Shown: piece after piece, positions 59,807 to 64,000 of the stretch
Layout of the letters: each line of letters begins with the position of its first letter
Position numbering within the stretch: the first letter of the stretch is position 1
DNA from: Phoronis australis
Lineage: Eukaryota; Animalia; Phoronida
Length of the DNA: 64,000 nt
Direction: 5' to 3'
Assembly (NCBI GenBank): GCA_002633005.1
Contig: NMRA01000503.1
Location: 62,001 to 126,000, forward strand
Program-made: the position numbers and the translations under genes
Notes under the pieces: generated by a model
What the model saw: only the letters and a program-made list of their open reading frames with translations
What the model was told of the DNA's origin: nothing
The model's database searches: none

Positions 59807-62800
59807 GTAAGTCGAATTTCAATTCGTTGTTAAAGTTATTCAAGTTTTATCACGTATCTAAATTTGTGAAATTTGTCATATTCCGTGCATTCCAGATCGA
59901 GATTTATTTGTTCTAATAGGCGTCGATCAATTGATAGGGTATTAGAAAAAATCAATATGGCGATTTTAGAACTGTCTATTAGACATGAACAAACGACTGA
60001 AAACGCTGTTATCTGTCTGTAAGGAAATGATAGTAGTCGAATGCCATCCTAGTATGATTTACACACCAACCAACTGTTGCAACCATTGCATTGAAAACTT
60101 TGGAAACTTTTTGTTGCGCTAATACGAACTTGGCCTGATTGAGATGACATTGGGCCGGCCTAGCACAGCTTGTGCGGCTGATTTGATGGCTCAGGGAATG
60201 ACTCATTCTTCATTGGTTGGGTTTGCTGAGTTCAACTATCATGTTACACAGTTAGGAATACTTTGCCCTTTGTTTATGGTCTTCTGCAACAACAGTTTTG
60301 CTGTTTTGTGATGTTCATTTCGTCATTGACTTAATAGGATGTTGAAGTCAGAGGAATGGGAATTCATGTAAATCTGTGTCAAAAATATAATTATTTTTAT
60401 TCCTCGCTAGCAATTAAGATCTAAGTTTGTGGCTACATAAATATTTTTTTCTTTTTATCATGTACATACCAGTAAAAGATGAGACTACAATGAATAATTT
60501 AAAGATTTAGTAGACAATCAGTGATAACATTTTTATGCGTTCAGCAATTAAAGGGGTTAACATGCAACTTTCAGTGCCCGTTAATCCAAAAAATCCAGAA
60601 ACACTCGACTTGACTTTTCAGTTATTATCAAACAGTTAAAGTGAATGCGATATCATTTCCAATTACGTTATGGATGGTACCTAAAAGGTAGTCTCAAAGC
60701 CTACTAATTGCATTGTTGACTATGCCGTAATTCATCAGTTTTCCTTTTGTTAGCCATTCAGTCCCTTTCCTTTTTTATTGTCCTCCGTCGATTTCTCATT
60801 TTTCTGGCAACTTTGATAGTTTGCACGAAAAATAAGAGAAAACTTTATGAAAGTTTAAAGTTCAAGTAGATCTATCTAAAGAATGATTTCTGGCATTTCC
60901 AATCAGGGTACATATATGGATGTAAAATTTGGTTTCCACTTTGCTACAGCTGTCGAGCTGCCAATATGGGGATTCTTGGTTCATCACTAAATGATGTAGA
61001 TTTTAGGGCAATTGCGTTCTCCGAGAGAATTGCAGTGGTGAGTTAAGCAGGAAAGAACTCATTTTAACATGCGTTGAGATTTTCTAGTTTAAATTTGCAT
61101 CACTATTCTTAGGATCAGTTGGCTTCTACTGGCAGTAAAAAATAATGTCCAAAACAACGCAATTGCTTTACTTTCTTTCAATATTGTTCCTTGCGTTTTG
61201 TAGAAATCCACTGATCATTGTAAGGATTAGTATTCTTGAGGCCGGCATTTTGTTAAAAATGTTAAATCAACCACCAGCATCACTCAGTGATAGCATATTG
61301 ATCTACGTTGTTGTAGGGGTTATATGCATTTATTGTGTTTGGTACTAACTTGGATTACCACTTATTGATTTTGAAATCTTCTGAGCCACACTAAATCTAT
61401 TTTGCTGGATAATTTTCCTCGATACTGAGTGTTTGATTTTTCTCTATGGAATTCAATAAAAGGCTAAAATGATTTTTGAGTCACCAATGAGAACGCTGGG
61501 GGACTCGGTATAGTTTTGTATAACAGTTTCTACTGGAGGCTTTTCTACAAACATCACAGAGGTCCCTTGGTGATGGCGGTTGTTCGTTGTAGCCAACCAA
61601 GCAGAAACTACGGCAGTCAGATCATAAATCAATTGGATTTTGAAATTTGATGTGACACCATAAAATTGATAATGTTCTGAATTTGGTTGCTATTTCTATC
61701 CCAGCCTATGTTCATGATCAGTGCAAATAGGGTCATTATTGGAAGGGTACACACAGTGAATAAATAAAGGGCTTTGTGACTTTACAGCTTAAAGTTGCTA
61801 ATGGGGTGTGGGGACTTCATTGTCTCTTATTACCAAACCTTCAAGTAACTGTTGATGTATTGATTTCCTTTGTGCTGCTTAAATCTGTTCAACTGTTTTT
61901 GTTAATTCTGCTGTTAGGAACTTATTGATTGGATTTTATATTCCTATTGATTATAATGCCTAGGTTCACCTGTTTTGTTCCTTATAAGCAGCTGTGGTGA
62001 ACAGAAGCTGGGAATTTTGTGATATGGAAGCTATTTCCTAACTTACCATGGAAGCTCGAAGTCACTGAACCAGTTTCACTTTCTGTCAGTAACTGTCTAA
62101 AACAAAACCCAGACCATTCATGTATTGGTTATGTACTGTTCACTTCTGGAGGGCTATTGTCGTTTTGAACTCGACGTGGCTATAAATTAACCCACGTTCC
62201 ATCCATTGGCGTCCAAGGAACAAACTTTTTATTTAGACCAGTTACCCTACATTAAATTATTCTTAGCTTGTTCCTTGCTCAGGGAAAAAGTGATTTGTGG
62301 GTTTGCAAAGATTTGGCACTCATTATTTCTTGAAAACATGCATTGTGCATAAAATGATATGCCTTAAGCCAAATTTTAGAGCTCAAGGTCTGAACCAATG
62401 AAAACTTGTCAGTTCCATCAAAGCCGTGAAATCGCATTCAATTTAACCAAGGACCAATTCGAGACCAATTTCATTAAAGAAACGGTTTGTAGTCTGTATC
62501 CAAAGTTTATTTTTGTGGTGTAAGGTGGGTATATAGCCGCTAATTGCCACGATGCACTCACTACACTGGTCCCCTAAAAGTTAAGGATTTGCTTGATTGC
62601 AGAATTCACTCTCTACATGATCATCAGACACATACTTAGAATTTAGTGGGTACGTTCTCTAATTCTTGCAACTCATTGTGATTTAAATAAATTTGATTGT
62701 TTTCAAAAGATGGCCTCCTTATGTTTGTGTAGTTCTAGCACAGCTCATTACAGTGTCAGTCAGTTGTCTGAGAGGTCAGACCATTCTATTGCAACTGCAG

Positions 62801-64000
62801 TGCTGACCCAGATAATCTGCCAAGTTCATGACAGGTTCTCATAAATAGGAATAGGAAACCACAAGTGTCTTGGTCCATCAATCAGGATACTGTTCAGACC
62901 CAAGACATGACCTGTGCACAAGTCTTGGCCATTCACAGTGATTTGGTTTCCAGGGCAAAACGTCTTGTACAAGAGATCTTGAGTTGTACAAGGGATCTTG
63001 AGTCTGGAAAATTTTTGCTGATATCTTGATTTTCTTCACCGTGTTAAGGGAATTTCAGACACTTTTAAGCAATTACATTTTTTCAAAAAATTAGTTGCCC
63101 TTTCAATAGACTGTAAACAAATCAGTAAGTTTGGAAGTTTAGTTTTGTGGGTTTTATAGTACGTGATTTGTGTGAGGAAAAATACCCTTGAAATCCTTTT
63201 GACTGTAAAAATTTCACCATTTTTCAATACAATAGCCCAAATAGAGAGATTGCAGTAAAGAATTTAAATCTTACACTGTTGTTACATATTTCAAAAGTGT
63301 GAATTTTGTTGACATGATTTGCTCCACACTTGACGCTTAACTTTTACAAAAGAAAAAGACTTCACGTTTGATTGACAGAGTATTGATTTTCCCTACATCT
63401 GCTCGTTCATTGATTTTCAGGCATACCATTAACTTTTATATTCATTTAGTCAATCTCCAATATTCCTTGAGCAGATATGATAATTAATGCGCTATTGTCA
63501 TGTTTGGAGGAAAATTGTAAAATGCGGGTGTGTGCCATTTGCATACAAGTAATGCATTTTGTTGCAGGCAAAGCCGAGCCGTGAATCAGTTGAAAGCACA
63601 GACCTTTCGCGCTTATTACATCCACTTCTATTTTTGTGATCTCCTATACTCTAGTGAGTGTGGCCTATGCATTCAAATAGGTCATGTTCAAATTTGTTCA
63701 AAACAAAATGATGCACCAGAGGTCCCTTTAGGACTAAAATGTAAGACCTTTAGTAAAATGTGGAGACTGGAATCAGCAGAAAATGAAGAAATGCGTGATT
63801 TCAGAATAATACAATTATATATTAACTGATTGCCATGGGGAATAGGTTCAATAATTTTGTGCGACCGAGAGACGCAAATGCACTGTGGATTTTGCGCCCA
63901 TCTCTATAAATTACATCATCATCGCAAAAACTCAGTCAGGCTGGGACACTGAAGTTGCTTTTGTATTGTATTGGCAAAATATGGAATTTTCGGGACCATA

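Noticed and set aside
59807-64000. CUX1/CASP exon 2 (expected RELD..A..LANRQDES-like peptide)
   Set aside because: Not found by reading. The region looks like intron, and its short ORFs have no recognisable similarity.

Overview
Eukaryotic (metazoan) genomic DNA, AT-rich and intron-rich. It most likely comes from a marine invertebrate, possibly a deuterostome (inferred from protein similarity and repeat types; the species cannot be determined here). Reading splice sites and codon phases by hand gives three complete spliced genes and the start of a fourth: paxillin (minus strand, 10 coding exons, 21423->3917, 535 aa, LD1-LD5 plus 4 LIM domains); RPA-interacting protein RPAIN/RIP (plus, 7 coding exons, 27552->34357, 222 aa); nucleoporin NUP88 (minus, 15 exons, 54388->37836, 719 aa); and the first coding exon of a CUX1/CASP (cut-like) gene (plus, 59744-59806). 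Introns and intergenic DNA hold non-autonomous transposons (hAT with an 8-bp TSD, a PIF/Harbinger-like pair with 3-bp TSDs, short elements with 5-bp TSDs, foldback MITEs, a Helentron/HINE-type element running into an assembly gap), a probable solo LTR, tRNA-derived SINE relics and tandem repeats. I see no new multi-gene system. The strongest observations are: a 55-bp tandem array that duplicates a NUP88 branch point and 3' splice site; a probable solo LTR carrying heat-shock elements, antisense within NUP88; an internal Met matching the vertebrate paxillin-delta start; and RPAIN-NUP88 adjacency in the opposite orientation to human. Most short ORFs in the supplied track are spurious. Comparisons with human proteins and genes are from memory and should be checked by alignment.
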